This document shows, in pieces, positions 47,322 through 57,425 of a DNA stretch of 64,000 nucleotides. A program made the translations under genes and the position numbers. Positions within the stretch are counted from its first letter, which is position 1. Each line of letters starts with the position of its first letter. The stretch comes from a virus. The notes beneath the pieces were generated by a model. That model was not told the DNA's origin, searched no databases, and saw only the letters and a program-made list of their open reading frames with translations. The stretch is taken from positions 1-64,000 of the IMG/VR virus record IMGVR_UViG_3300037264_002228; one strand, 5' to 3'.

Positions 47322-49835
47322 ATGACTGGCGATAAGATAACATATACACATGAAGCAGTATTAAAATCATGTCTTGAATATTACGATGGAGACATAATGC
47401 AGTCTTCTATTACACAAAAGAAGTATTTGTTGCGTGATAAAGACGGAACGTTTTATGAATCAAATCCTGACCATATGCATGATAGGTTGGCGCGTGAATT
47501 CGCTCGCATAGAAAAGAAAATGAATCAGACTATTGATGAAAATGCATATTTTGCTAGAGTGCGAGCATTATTAAATCGATTTTCTAAAACAGTGCCACAA
47601 GGTAGCCCAATGGCAGCAATTGGTAATGATTTTCAGATTCAATCTCTGAGCAATTGTATGGTCATTGCTGCGCCGCATGACAGCATGGCAGGCATTTTTA
47701 AATCTGGACTGGAAATTGCCGAATTACAAAAACGCCGTGCTGGTGTTGGTATAGATCTATCGACCTTACGTCCAGTCGGTTCTAAAGTGAACAACGCCGC
47801 CCTTTCGTCATCAGGTGTACCATGCTTTTCTGATTTTTATTCTGATATTACACGTATGATAGGCCAGCGAGGCCGCGTTGGGGCTCTGATGCTGACGTTG
47901 GATATTAGACATCCAGATGTTGAATATTTTACATGCATGAAATCAGATCTTACTAAGGTTACTGGTGCAAATGTCTCTCTAAAATTAACTGATGAATTCA
48001 TGAGCGCCGTTGAAAATGATAAAGAGTTTGTACAACAATGGCCGATTGATGTACCACTTGAACAAGCTAAAGTTGTTAAAAAAACTAAAGCTAGAGATCT
48101 ATGGAATATTATTATTGAACAAGCGTGGAAAACGGCTGAGCCTGGTCTTTTAATGTGGGATAATTACACTAGGATGCTTCCAGCACATCAATATCCAGGA
48201 TTTGAGACACAAAGTACAAATCCATGTTCCGAGATTGCTTTATCACCAAACGATTCTTGCAGGTTGATTTCACAGAATTTATTTGGTTGGGTAAAAGACC
48301 CATTTTTAAAAGATGCACGTTTTGATTTCGATGAATATTTTGAAGACACACGTATTGCACAGAGAATGTCAGATGGTATAGTTGAATTGGAATTAGAATC
48401 AATTCAAAAAATTATTGATGTCTCAGATTCTGATTTCGAACGTGAGCTGTGGAATAAAGTACTGCTTGCTGCATGTAATGGTCGCAGAACTGGTTTAGGC
48501 ACACATGGTTTAGCTGATGTGTTCTTAGCACTCGGAATACGATATGATTCAGATGATGCTATCGATCTTGTTGACAAAATTTACAATACGCATAAGTTAG
48601 CAAGCTATACAGAATCTATCCAAATGGCTAAAGAACGCGGTGCTTTCCCTGCTTGGAATTGGAAATATGATGAACGATCAGAGTTTATACGCGCATTACC
48701 AGAGAAAATGAAACTAGACATAAAGAAATATGGTCGTCGTAATATTTCTAATCTGACTATTGCACCGACTGGTAGTGTGTCAGTTGTATCTGGTACTTCA
48801 TCTGGCATTGAACCTGTGTTTAGATTAGTATATGATCGCAGAGTTAAAATCACACATGTCGACATGTCAATTCCAGTCGATTATGTTGATGCAGTTGGTG
48901 ACAAATGGACCAATTTTAGAGTAGTACATCCAATGGTTAAGCATTATTTTAAAGCTAAAGGCATTAAATGCCCAATTAATAGTGGTCGAGATTTTTCAAT
49001 GACTCTAGAAGATGCCAATGAAATCATTGAAAAACAACTACCAAAATGGTTTGTTACTTCTAATAAAATAAATTACATGCAAGGAATTAAATTGCAAGCT
49101 ATGGCTACAAAACATTTAGACCATGGTGTGTCTAAAACCATTAATTTACCGAAGGGCTCTAAAAAAGATGAGGTTAGTCAAGTTTATTTTAAAGCTTGGA
49201 AAATGGGTTTAAAAGGTGTAACGGTATATGTTGATGGATCTCGTGATGGCGTATTGATCTCTGAAACAAAGAAAGAACCAAGCGATGAGAATAGGCCATC
49301 ATCTATAATTGATAATCATGCGCCTAAGCGTCCAAAATCACTGTCTGCAGAAATTCATCACATAAAAATCAAGGGCAAAGACTGGGCGGTTGTTGTTGGA
49401 TTATTGGGTAACAAACCATATGAAACGTTTGCTGGTAGAGGATTGGTATTACCTAAAACTGATAAAATTGAATCAGCAACAATTACCAAAGTTTCTAATG
49501 GGCGTTATAAACTTTCAATTAAAATAGTTGATAATGGTATAGAAGAATATAATGACTTACGTGAAATTTATGACAACAATGAAGAAAGAGTAATTACACG
49601 GTCAGTATGCCGAGAACTTCGACATGGAATTCCAATTGAATTTATTGCAAAGGATCTTGCCGAACATTCTGGTTCAATTGCAAATTTCTCTGCCGCATTG
49701 GCTAGAGTATTAAAGAAATATGCAAAAAATGCTAATCGCTTAATGAAGAAGTGTCCACAATGTTCTGGTACTGATTTTATTATGCAAGACGGGTGCGCAA
49801 GTTGTGTAACTTGTTATTTTTCTAAATGCAGTTAG
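47322..49835 (+). CDS. nrdJ: Adenosylcobalamin-dependent (class II) ribonucleotide reductase
   Basis: SLSNC, TNPCSE, RRTGLG, IAPTG, SKTIN, KGVTVY.DGSR; C-terminal domain ending CPQC...GCASCVTC..SKC. Confidence 0.9.
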   Translation: MTGDKITYTHEAVLKSCLEYYDGDIMQSSITQKKYLLRDKDGTFYESNPDHMHDRLAREFARIEKKMNQTIDENAYFARVRALLNRFSKTVPQGSPMAAIGNDFQIQSLSNCMVIAAPHDSMAGIFKSGLEIAELQKRRAGVGIDLSTLRPVGSKVNNAALSSSGVPCFSDFYSDITRMIGQRGRVGALMLTLDIRHPDVEYFTCMKSDLTKVTGANVSLKLTDEFMSAVENDKEFVQQWPIDVPLEQAKVVKKTKARDLWNIIIEQAWKTAEPGLLMWDNYTRMLPAHQYPGFETQSTNPCSEIALSPNDSCRLISQNLFGWVKDPFLKDARFDFDEYFEDTRIAQRMSDGIVELELESIQKIIDVSDSDFERELWNKVLLAACNGRRTGLGTHGLADVFLALGIRYDSDDAIDLVDKIYNTHKLASYTESIQMAKERGAFPAWNWKYDERSEFIRALPEKMKLDIKKYGRRNISNLTIAPTGSVSVVSGTSSGIEPVFRLVYDRRVKITHVDMSIPVDYVDAVGDKWTNFRVVHPMVKHYFKAKGIKCPINSGRDFSMTLEDANEIIEKQLPKWFVTSNKINYMQGIKLQAMATKHLDHGVSKTINLPKGSKKDEVSQVYFKAWKMGLKGVTVYVDGSRDGVLISETKKEPSDENRPSSIIDNHAPKRPKSLSAEIHHIKIKGKDWAVVVGLLGNKPYETFAGRGLVLPKTDKIESATITKVSNGRYKLSIKIVDNGIEEYNDLREIYDNNEERVITRSVCRELRHGIPIEFIAKDLAEHSGSIANFSAALARVLKKYAKNANRLMKKCPQCSGTDFIMQDGCASCVTCYFSKCS

Positions 49836-49853
49836 TTTAGTATTTAAAAAATT

Positions 49854-51356
49854 GTGTTAGCACGTATTACAGACAATGACTGGGTCTATTTAGATCAAGT
49901 AACAATGGGTGTAGAGCCTAGGTTAGTTGAATATTTTAGTGTAAAACACCCAAGAGCACACTTCATAGATACAATGCAACAAAGTTGGGATGGTGTCTAT
50001 CGCAAATATGACACCAGGAGACAACGTTTAGCAAGACCGTTGTTATCTGAGCTTGTTCAGATGTGTCAAATCAATGATATACCACTCGAAATTAAGGACG
50101 AGCGACCTATATCAGAGCCACCAGATCCCAGTGTTGTTGGTACGGATTGGTTGTCTGGGATTGTGTTAGAACAATATCAAATTGATGCAATTAAAACTAC
50201 AACAAACGAAGAAGTTGGTATATTTAAACTACCAACTGGCGCTGGCAAGGGAGAACTGATTGCTGGAATTGCTAAGTTATTTAATTGCACGACAGTGATT
50301 ATCGCTGAACAACGTGTTGTAATTGAACAACTTAAAAAAAGATTATTATTACGTGACATATTTGATGTTGGTTTATTTTACGGTGGCGAAACGCCAACTG
50401 GACAAAAGATCGTCGTTGGTTCAATACAATCTATGGCGACACCACCAGAATCGTATAAAGTTAAAAACCCACAAGCCTATGCTAAACGTTTTAAACACGC
50501 AAAACAATTCCAGGCAATCGCAAAGAATGCTGAATTATTAATGGTCGATGAAGTTGATAGGGCAGTTAGTAAACACTATAGAAATCTATTTAAATTTCAT
50601 TTCAATGGACGTAGGAAATATGGCTTCACCGCCACGCCATTCGACGCTAAGAAGCCAGTACAAAACTTAATATTAAAAGAACATATGGGATCAATCATTT
50701 ACGAAGTTGATCGTAACTCTGTTGAGGATCTTGGTAGAATCATACCAGCAAAATTTTACATGTTAGCTGTTGGAGAAGATGGTAATAAAAATGATAAAAC
50801 CGCATTTGATATAGCTGAACGTGAACAGCTAATTGACAATGTGGAGTTTCATCAACGTGTTGCTAAAATAGTAAGTGCATTTCCAAATGATTCAACATTA
50901 ATCCTTGTTGATACCCTAAACGTAGAAGATCTTGGTACAGCTTTAGAAAAAGAAATACCTGGCTCAAAATTTATATTCGGCAAAACGCCAAACACAATCA
51001 GGCGTTCATCTCTTGAGGCCTTTGAAAATAAGGAATTAAGATGCCTAATTGGTGGTAAAATTCTTAAACGCGGACTAGATTTAAAGGGTGGTGTTGATAA
51101 TTTAATAATCTGCGGCGGTGGCCAATTGTGGTCAGATTTAGAACAAAAAATTGGTCGCGCACTTCGTGTTAATGAACGAAAATGGTCTAGAGTTTTTAAT
51201 TTTTTGTTTCTTAATAACTATTATTTGTATCGACATGGCCGTGAGCAACTTAAGGCGATAGTTAGCATGAGATATCAGATTAATGTGGTATTCAAAAACG
51301 CTACAGTAGATGGTGCTCAGTTTGTATCGTCTAGATTTCGCAAACCTAAAGTATAA
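49854..51356 (+). CDS. uvsW: SF2 DNA helicase, UvsW-like
   Basis: PTGAGKG, DEVD, GFTATP, GLD, QKIGRALR. Confidence 0.85.
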   Translation: MLARITDNDWVYLDQVTMGVEPRLVEYFSVKHPRAHFIDTMQQSWDGVYRKYDTRRQRLARPLLSELVQMCQINDIPLEIKDERPISEPPDPSVVGTDWLSGIVLEQYQIDAIKTTTNEEVGIFKLPTGAGKGELIAGIAKLFNCTTVIIAEQRVVIEQLKKRLLLRDIFDVGLFYGGETPTGQKIVVGSIQSMATPPESYKVKNPQAYAKRFKHAKQFQAIAKNAELLMVDEVDRAVSKHYRNLFKFHFNGRRKYGFTATPFDAKKPVQNLILKEHMGSIIYEVDRNSVEDLGRIIPAKFYMLAVGEDGNKNDKTAFDIAEREQLIDNVEFHQRVAKIVSAFPNDSTLILVDTLNVEDLGTALEKEIPGSKFIFGKTPNTIRRSSLEAFENKELRCLIGGKILKRGLDLKGGVDNLIICGGGQLWSDLEQKIGRALRVNERKWSRVFNFLFLNNYYLYRHGREQLKAIVSMRYQINVVFKNATVDGAQFVSSRFRKPKV

Positions 51357-51495
51357 TGAATTTGCGGGAAGAAGCTATAAATCGCAAAGACCCATTAATG
51401 CATGCTCTGCTTCTAAGATTTAACACAAATAACTTAAATATATTCATCAAATATTTTCATACGTAAATAATATTATAGCTTTACGATGAGGATAT

Positions 51496-52305
51496 ATGGC
51501 AAAGAAAGACCAGAAAACTACTAAAATAGATCAAAAGGCACAAAAATCTAAACAAAAAATAGACCCAAAACTTGTAAAGCAGCTAGCACAAACAGCTATT
51601 TTGCCAGAACATGAAGCTAAGTCCAAAGGGTATTATTTTGATAATTATAAAGTAGAGCAATTGCTTACTGTATACGTTAAGGGTGGTTGTGTCGATGTTA
51701 AGCTTCGTGACGAAATAATGTTAAATGCCATGGAGCTTTTAAGACAAATAATTCGTACACATAATTTCCATAACATCTATCCAGGTCACGATCCAGCGAG
51801 CTTTGGTGATTTATTCCAAACTGGTTGGTGTCAAATTGAAAAAACATTATATAAGTTTAATTATGAGCCTGGTCACACTAAAGTGTTTAATCTATGGTCT
51901 CAAGTTGCCAAAACCGTTATATTAGCATATATTAAACGTGAGATGCGGGACAAAAAGAATTATGGATCATATAAAAATCATCAAATAAATCATTATAAAC
52001 CAAATAGTGCAGTTCTAGAACGATTTATAAATGAAGCACGGTCTATGGGTCAGTATGATGAAGATGGTTTGCGTATTGTAGATTGTCTTGAAAAATTATA
52101 CAAAATTGATGAAAAACCGTATGATGGTCTCATTGGAAAGTTAGTCAGGCTTAGTGGGTTGTCACGCCAAAGAATAGTAAGTTTTTTGAAGCAAGTACGT
52201 TTGCGTAGCTTTGAATTTACTGATTCTCCATTAAATCAGGAACGTAGTCAGCTATCAAAGGGCGGGTCGTCAAGAGACGAAGACGGCGAAGAAGACTACA
52301 ACTAA
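51496..52305 (+). CDS. Late-transcription sigma factor, gp55-like
   Basis: YYFDN...DLFQTG..QIEKTLYKF...KVFNLWSQVAK..ILAY; position before the terminase. Confidence 0.65.
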   Translation: MAKKDQKTTKIDQKAQKSKQKIDPKLVKQLAQTAILPEHEAKSKGYYFDNYKVEQLLTVYVKGGCVDVKLRDEIMLNAMELLRQIIRTHNFHNIYPGHDPASFGDLFQTGWCQIEKTLYKFNYEPGHTKVFNLWSQVAKTVILAYIKREMRDKKNYGSYKNHQINHYKPNSAVLERFINEARSMGQYDEDGLRIVDCLEKLYKIDEKPYDGLIGKLVRLSGLSRQRIVSFLKQVRLRSFEFTDSPLNQERSQLSKGGSSRDEDGEEDYN

Positions 52306-52343
52306 ATTGTTAGATATTAACTATCCCCAGTCGAATATATAGT

Positions 52344-53102
52344 ATGGATAGTGTTGACCCATCTGGTGACAAAAAGCCAGAAATGCATGATGATGATAAA
52401 TTTGGAGACGAACCAATAGCTTCAACATCCATTTATGTTGGTGCGCCAGACGGTAAAGTAGTATCAGATGCTAAACTACGTCAAATATTTATGTCTGGCA
52501 TACAAGCATATATAGACAAAGTGACCGAATTAGGTGGTGAGCCAGATTGGGATGGTGTAATTGAATGGTATATTGGTGATCATAATTATTTCCCAAATTT
52601 GGTTGCTGAAGGATTATCACCATTATCTCATGACAATTCAATTCAACGTAAAATTCGTAAACACAAAACACCACGTGCACGGAGGCATATGAAAGGCAGT
52701 GACAGATATCGTAGAACAGACCCGGTCAAAAGGGTTAAAGCTAGACTAAAACGCGATTCAAGGCACCAACCAAAACCAGAAGTAGAAGAAGCATTTTCAT
52801 TTATTGCGAAATATGTTGGCAAACCGATTACAGAATCAGATTTACAGAACATTGGTAATATAGAACTATTTGCAGATTCAATTGATTTATTGTCGGCAAT
52901 GGCATTCGGTGGATGGTCTAAAACTAATGATGGGATATCTAATGGTCGATACGTTTTGGAAAATGAGAATTTAGATATTAATGATGGGCAACTTATCTAT
53001 AATAAGTTGCCATTAAAATTGAATTGGGATTGGTTATATTCTGTAAAGCAATTAGTTGACAAACGAATATCAGACGATAATCGTAAATCGTGGACAGGAT
53101 AA
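52344..53102 (+). CDS. Hypothetical protein with a central basic tract
   Basis: 252-aa ORF; GAATATA-N4-ATG. Confidence 0.6.
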   Translation: MDSVDPSGDKKPEMHDDDKFGDEPIASTSIYVGAPDGKVVSDAKLRQIFMSGIQAYIDKVTELGGEPDWDGVIEWYIGDHNYFPNLVAEGLSPLSHDNSIQRKIRKHKTPRARRHMKGSDRYRRTDPVKRVKARLKRDSRHQPKPEVEEAFSFIAKYVGKPITESDLQNIGNIELFADSIDLLSAMAFGGWSKTNDGISNGRYVLENENLDINDGQLIYNKLPLKLNWDWLYSVKQLVDKRISDDNRKSWTG

Positions 53103-53103
53103 T

Positions 53104-53613
53104 ATGGACATAGAAGAGACGCCAGAACAAGAAAATAATGACCTACATGACTTACTAGCAGAATCTGAAGTTCCGACATATATTGAAGTAGAAAAACCAG
53201 AAACAAAGTCTGAAGTAGTATCTGGTCCTAAAGTTGAGATTAAGCAAGATAAACCAATTCCAGACGATGAAGTACAGAAAATATTTAAAAAATTCTTAGA
53301 TATTAGTAATACAATATTACTTAATTATAATGCTGACCGCGAACAAATTGAAAAGACAATTCAATATCTTGATACAATGACACAAATGGGACCAAAGAGC
53401 GGTAGAGTGTACATTGAAATGTTAGTTGCCGCTCTTAGAACAAAAGCCGAAACAAACACAAATGCTGTGAAATTACTTGATGCAATGGCAAAATTCTTAT
53501 CTGCTGGCAAAGGCACGCAGATATTCGTGCAGCAGAATCAAGCATCAGCACCATCTGATTTGGTTAAACTGCTTGAAACTCCCGAATACCCAGACGAGAA
53601 GCGGGTAATGTAA
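53104..53613 (+). CDS. Possible terminase small subunit
   Basis: Helical protein of about 170 aa directly upstream of terL; assignment is positional only. Confidence 0.45.
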   Translation: MDIEETPEQENNDLHDLLAESEVPTYIEVEKPETKSEVVSGPKVEIKQDKPIPDDEVQKIFKKFLDISNTILLNYNADREQIEKTIQYLDTMTQMGPKSGRVYIEMLVAALRTKAETNTNAVKLLDAMAKFLSAGKGTQIFVQQNQASAPSDLVKLLETPEYPDEKRVM

Positions 53614-53615
53614 CA

Positions 53616-55457
53616 ATGGCAATAGATCCAGTTACCGCCAAGTTAATTAAGCGTTGTCAGAAGAGTCCGGCTTTCTTCCTAGATAATTTCGCTAAGATTC
53701 AGCATCCTAAGTTGGGTGTTATCCCATTTAAGTTATTTAAATATCAACAGAAGTGTCTATCTGATTTCTTAAGCAATAGATTCACAATCTTTAAGAAAGT
53801 TAGGCAGTGTGGGATTTCTACGATTTCTGGTGGTTTCGCATTGTGGTATGCAATGTTCTTTAATAATAAGAACATTCTAATTGTTTCAAAACGTGATGAT
53901 GACGCGATGGATTTTTTACGTCGCAATGTTAAGGTCATCCATGACAATTTACCAGATTGGATGAAAGACCTGTGGCCACGTGTTGTTGATAATGAACATG
54001 AAATTTTATTTCCAAATGGATCTCGAATAAAGAGTTTAACATCGTCTAAAGAAACATTGCGTTCACAGGCTGCATCATTGAACATTATTGACGAGGCGGC
54101 ATTCATTCCAGATATGGATGATATGTGGGCAGCAGGTTTACCATCAATCCAACACGGTGGTACTGTAATAGTAATTTCTACAGTTAAAGGTGTTGGTAAC
54201 TGGTATTGGCAAACATGGACTGACGCAGAAGCCAATCAGAACGATTTCCACCCAATTGTTATTGATTGGTGGGATATGGATTGGAAACTTGAATTTGGTG
54301 ATGAGTTGTCTGGTAGGACTATTTCAATTGATCCTACTCGTGGCAAACGTGAATGTCTTACAAAGGAAGACAAAGACAAATATGGCCCATATTGGTCACC
54401 TTGGTTAGAAGAACAATACCGTAATTTGACACAAAAAGGTGATTCTACTAAATTTAGACAAGAAATATTGTGTGCATTCGTCGGCACAGGTGATAGTGTT
54501 TTGAACCGTGAGGCCCTACAGGCAATTACTGAATCTGTCGATAAAAATTACAAGACTATTGATAAAGTTGATTATGTAAACCCATATTCAGAAAATAGGG
54601 ACGTTTTAGAGTTTCAAGATAGACTATGGATATGGAACACACCTGAGGCTGGCCATATTTATACAATGGGTGTTGATACATCATCTGGTGACGCTAGCGA
54701 TTATTCCACCATCGAAGTCTTTGATATAAACGAACAAGAACAAGTTGCAGAATTGCAAATCAAGGTGCTCCCAAGAGTATTTGCAAAGATGGTTGATTAT
54801 GTTGGTCGTTGGTATAATAATGCTTTTGCGGTAGTTGAACGCTCTGGCATCGGTGTTGCAATTTGTCAAGAACTTTCTGAAAATTTAGGATATCAAAATC
54901 TATACCGTAAAGCTAAGAAAAATGCATACAATAAAGACATAAAATATGGTGATGTTGGTTTTGCAACTACAACAACATCTAAACCATTACTAAATAAATC
55001 ATTAACTGACAATATCGGTCAAGATGGTTGGACAATCAAATCAATGCGTTTACAGAGAGAGTTCTTAATATATGTTCATTTAAAAGGTGGCCGCACTGGG
55101 GCTGAGCCAGGCAAAGGCAATAATGACGATTTAGTAATCGCAGCCAGTTTGTGTTTTATTGGTGCCAATCAGGCGGCAACAAATGATGTTACTCCATTAA
55201 TACCTTTAAGGAACATGGACTTAGGACCAACTTTGCGCGATCCGGGTGGGTCAGTCCATACATTGCAAAATATTGCAAATACAAATAACATTATGTTACC
55301 AGTACAGATTATTGATAATTCTTCACAACCACTATCAATTATGCAAGAACTATCCAAATTTACATCACAACTTGGTTCAATGCCTATGGATAGAACCACA
55401 GTAAATCCAATAAATCCTCAAAAACATGCAATTAGATGGTATAAGAACAAGAAATAA
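53616..55457 (+). CDS. terL: Terminase large subunit (gp17-like)
   Basis: YQ, RQCGIST, IIDEAAF, VIST, GVD...DYS, DDLV. Confidence 0.95.
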   Translation: MAIDPVTAKLIKRCQKSPAFFLDNFAKIQHPKLGVIPFKLFKYQQKCLSDFLSNRFTIFKKVRQCGISTISGGFALWYAMFFNNKNILIVSKRDDDAMDFLRRNVKVIHDNLPDWMKDLWPRVVDNEHEILFPNGSRIKSLTSSKETLRSQAASLNIIDEAAFIPDMDDMWAAGLPSIQHGGTVIVISTVKGVGNWYWQTWTDAEANQNDFHPIVIDWWDMDWKLEFGDELSGRTISIDPTRGKRECLTKEDKDKYGPYWSPWLEEQYRNLTQKGDSTKFRQEILCAFVGTGDSVLNREALQAITESVDKNYKTIDKVDYVNPYSENRDVLEFQDRLWIWNTPEAGHIYTMGVDTSSGDASDYSTIEVFDINEQEQVAELQIKVLPRVFAKMVDYVGRWYNNAFAVVERSGIGVAICQELSENLGYQNLYRKAKKNAYNKDIKYGDVGFATTTTSKPLLNKSLTDNIGQDGWTIKSMRLQREFLIYVHLKGGRTGAEPGKGNNDDLVIAASLCFIGANQAATNDVTPLIPLRNMDLGPTLRDPGGSVHTLQNIANTNNIMLPVQIIDNSSQPLSIMQELSKFTSQLGSMPMDRTTVNPINPQKHAIRWYKNKK

Positions 55458-55495
55458 TGTAAAACATTGTCGGATGGAAGATATATAAAGAAGAT

Positions 55496-57355
55496 ATGAG
55501 TTGGCAACTATTCGATAGAGTCGCTGCGTTTTTTAAAGCGACTAATATATACCGTAGTGAAAATCTGTTTCAGGACCAGTCGTCACTAGCTAGAATTTCA
55601 GCGGCTGGTGAATTTTTAAATTTTTCTACACAACATCAACTATTAGAGCAGACAAATCTGCAAATCAATAGGTTAGAAAGATATAAAGATTTTGACCAAG
55701 AAGACCAAGTCGGTGAAATATCGGCGGCACTTGATATGTATGCCGATGAAGCAAGTTTGATAGATCCTGAAGTACATCATTGCTTAATGGTCAAATCAAG
55801 ATCATTACGTGTTAAAGAAGAATTAGAAGATTTTTTCTATAATACAATAATGATCGACAATATTCTAAGACCAATGGTTCGTTATTTGTGCAAGTATGGC
55901 GATTTCCCAGCTGAAATAGTACCAACTCAAAATAGAAATGGTATATCGTCAATACGTCATATGAATGTATACAATTTTACAAGAGTAGAAACTAAATATG
56001 GTGATTTGGTTGGTTTCTTCTACCAAGATGAATTTAGTACGCAACCAGTATTCTTTCATCCATGGCAAGTAATGCATTTAAGGCTTACTAGTTATGAAAA
56101 CATTTATCACCCATATGGTAGATCTATCTTAGACCCGACACGTAAACATTTCAAACAATTGCGTCTAATGGAAGATGCGGCGTTGATATATCGTCTAACA
56201 CGTGCCCCAGAAAAGAGAGTATTCAAAATCCCAGTTGGTAATATCCCAGCAAAGGAAGTCCCACAATTTATACAGCTTATTGCTAGGGAATTTAAGAAGA
56301 AGAAGATTTTTGATACAGCCAGCGGCGATGTTAGTGAACGTTGGTCGCCACTAATCCAAGAAGACGACTTTTGGTTACCTAAGCGCCCAGATGGGTCTGG
56401 CCCAGAAATCGAAACACTTCCTGGTGCTGAGAATCTTGATCAAATAGCGGACATAGAATACTTCAAAAAGAAAATGGTTTCAGCATTGAAAATACCATTC
56501 TCTAGAGTTGGTATTGGTGAGCCGTCTGAGGGCGATGGTGAACCATTATCGAAAGTTGCCCCTGAATTCGCAAAAGCAGTTCAGTGGATACAACGAGAAA
56601 TAGCTATTGGTCTCAAGAAAGTAGCTATCACACATCTAGCATTGCGTGGATTTTCTGCAGAAGATATTAGAAATTTCGATCTATACATGACGGCATCAAG
56701 TGCTATTGATGAATTATATCGCATTGAAACATGGGCATCAAGAGCAGATGTTATAGATGCATTAAAGGGAACAGGATTATTCCCAGGACGTTGGTTATTG
56801 CGTCGTTTTACCAATATGACAGATGACGAAATAGATCAAATGGAAGAAGAATTTAAGAAACGTGGTGATATTAGTTTCGAGGGTGGTGGTGAAGGCGGTG
56901 GAGGTGGAGGCGGCGGCCTCGGCGGTGGTGGATTAGACGTAGATATTACGGCACCATCATCTCCTAGTACTCCAGATCTTGGTGGACCAGATGAAGGTGC
57001 TGGTGCTCCAGAAGCTGGTGCTCCTGAAGGTGGCGTTCCTGCCGGGGCTGGTGAAGCATTAGAGGCATTACCTATAGAAGGATATGATTACGCAAAAGAA
57101 AAGAAAGTAATCCTAGAATTACGTCAATCGAATAATAAAGCCAAGATATTAAAATTTAATAATGGTTTTACATATTTGTTAAATCATGGTGAACTTGATA
57201 ATTTACCAAGTGCAGATAATAATATATTGGTTGAACGAATAATTACTGATCAGATGGCTAATGAGGCTATTACTGAGGCCAAGACATTAATGACTCATAA
57301 TACCTCATCTAAAATAATATCTGAGGACATAACACCAGACGATTTACCGAATTAA
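55496..57355 (+). CDS. Portal protein (gp20-like)
   Basis: YGRSIL, LMEDAALIYRLTRAPEKRVF, EDDFWLP, IETLPG, DIEYF.KK...ALKIP. Confidence 0.96.
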   Translation: MSWQLFDRVAAFFKATNIYRSENLFQDQSSLARISAAGEFLNFSTQHQLLEQTNLQINRLERYKDFDQEDQVGEISAALDMYADEASLIDPEVHHCLMVKSRSLRVKEELEDFFYNTIMIDNILRPMVRYLCKYGDFPAEIVPTQNRNGISSIRHMNVYNFTRVETKYGDLVGFFYQDEFSTQPVFFHPWQVMHLRLTSYENIYHPYGRSILDPTRKHFKQLRLMEDAALIYRLTRAPEKRVFKIPVGNIPAKEVPQFIQLIAREFKKKKIFDTASGDVSERWSPLIQEDDFWLPKRPDGSGPEIETLPGAENLDQIADIEYFKKKMVSALKIPFSRVGIGEPSEGDGEPLSKVAPEFAKAVQWIQREIAIGLKKVAITHLALRGFSAEDIRNFDLYMTASSAIDELYRIETWASRADVIDALKGTGLFPGRWLLRRFTNMTDDEIDQMEEEFKKRGDISFEGGGEGGGGGGGGLGGGGLDVDITAPSSPSTPDLGGPDEGAGAPEAGAPEGGVPAGAGEALEALPIEGYDYAKEKKVILELRQSNNKAKILKFNNGFTYLLNHGELDNLPSADNNILVERIITDQMANEAITEAKTLMTHNTSSKIISEDITPDDLPN

Positions 57356-57425
57356 TTAATTGAAACTAAACTGACATATCTCATTCAAATATATTCCTGA
57401 AACAGTTACTAGAGGAGCTTTAGAC

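Larger units (their letters stand above)
943..52339 (+). promoter_or_regulatory. Recurrent late-promoter-like motif AAA(N)ATA (dispersed; coordinates span the first to last listed site)
   Basis: Sites at 943, 1625 (ATAAATA), 10954, 13064, 20619, 22989, 23746, 25415, 33177, 43402 and 52333 (GAATATA), each exactly 4 nt before a start codon. Confidence 0.7.

Noticed and set aside
51356-51466. 36-codon ORF (MNLREEAINRKD...) and weak inverted repeats before the gp55-like gene
   Set aside because: No recognisable motif; more simply an AT-rich promoter region with several AAATA copies
53616-55457. Inactive terminase because Walker A reads RQCGIST
   Set aside because: All other ATPase and nuclease motifs are intact, and I recall GIS/T variants in other T4-like terminases
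47322-57355. Inteins or group I introns in nrdJ, helicase, terL or portal
   Set aside because: ORFs are continuous and of ordinary length, with no intein or LAGLIDADG motifs noticed
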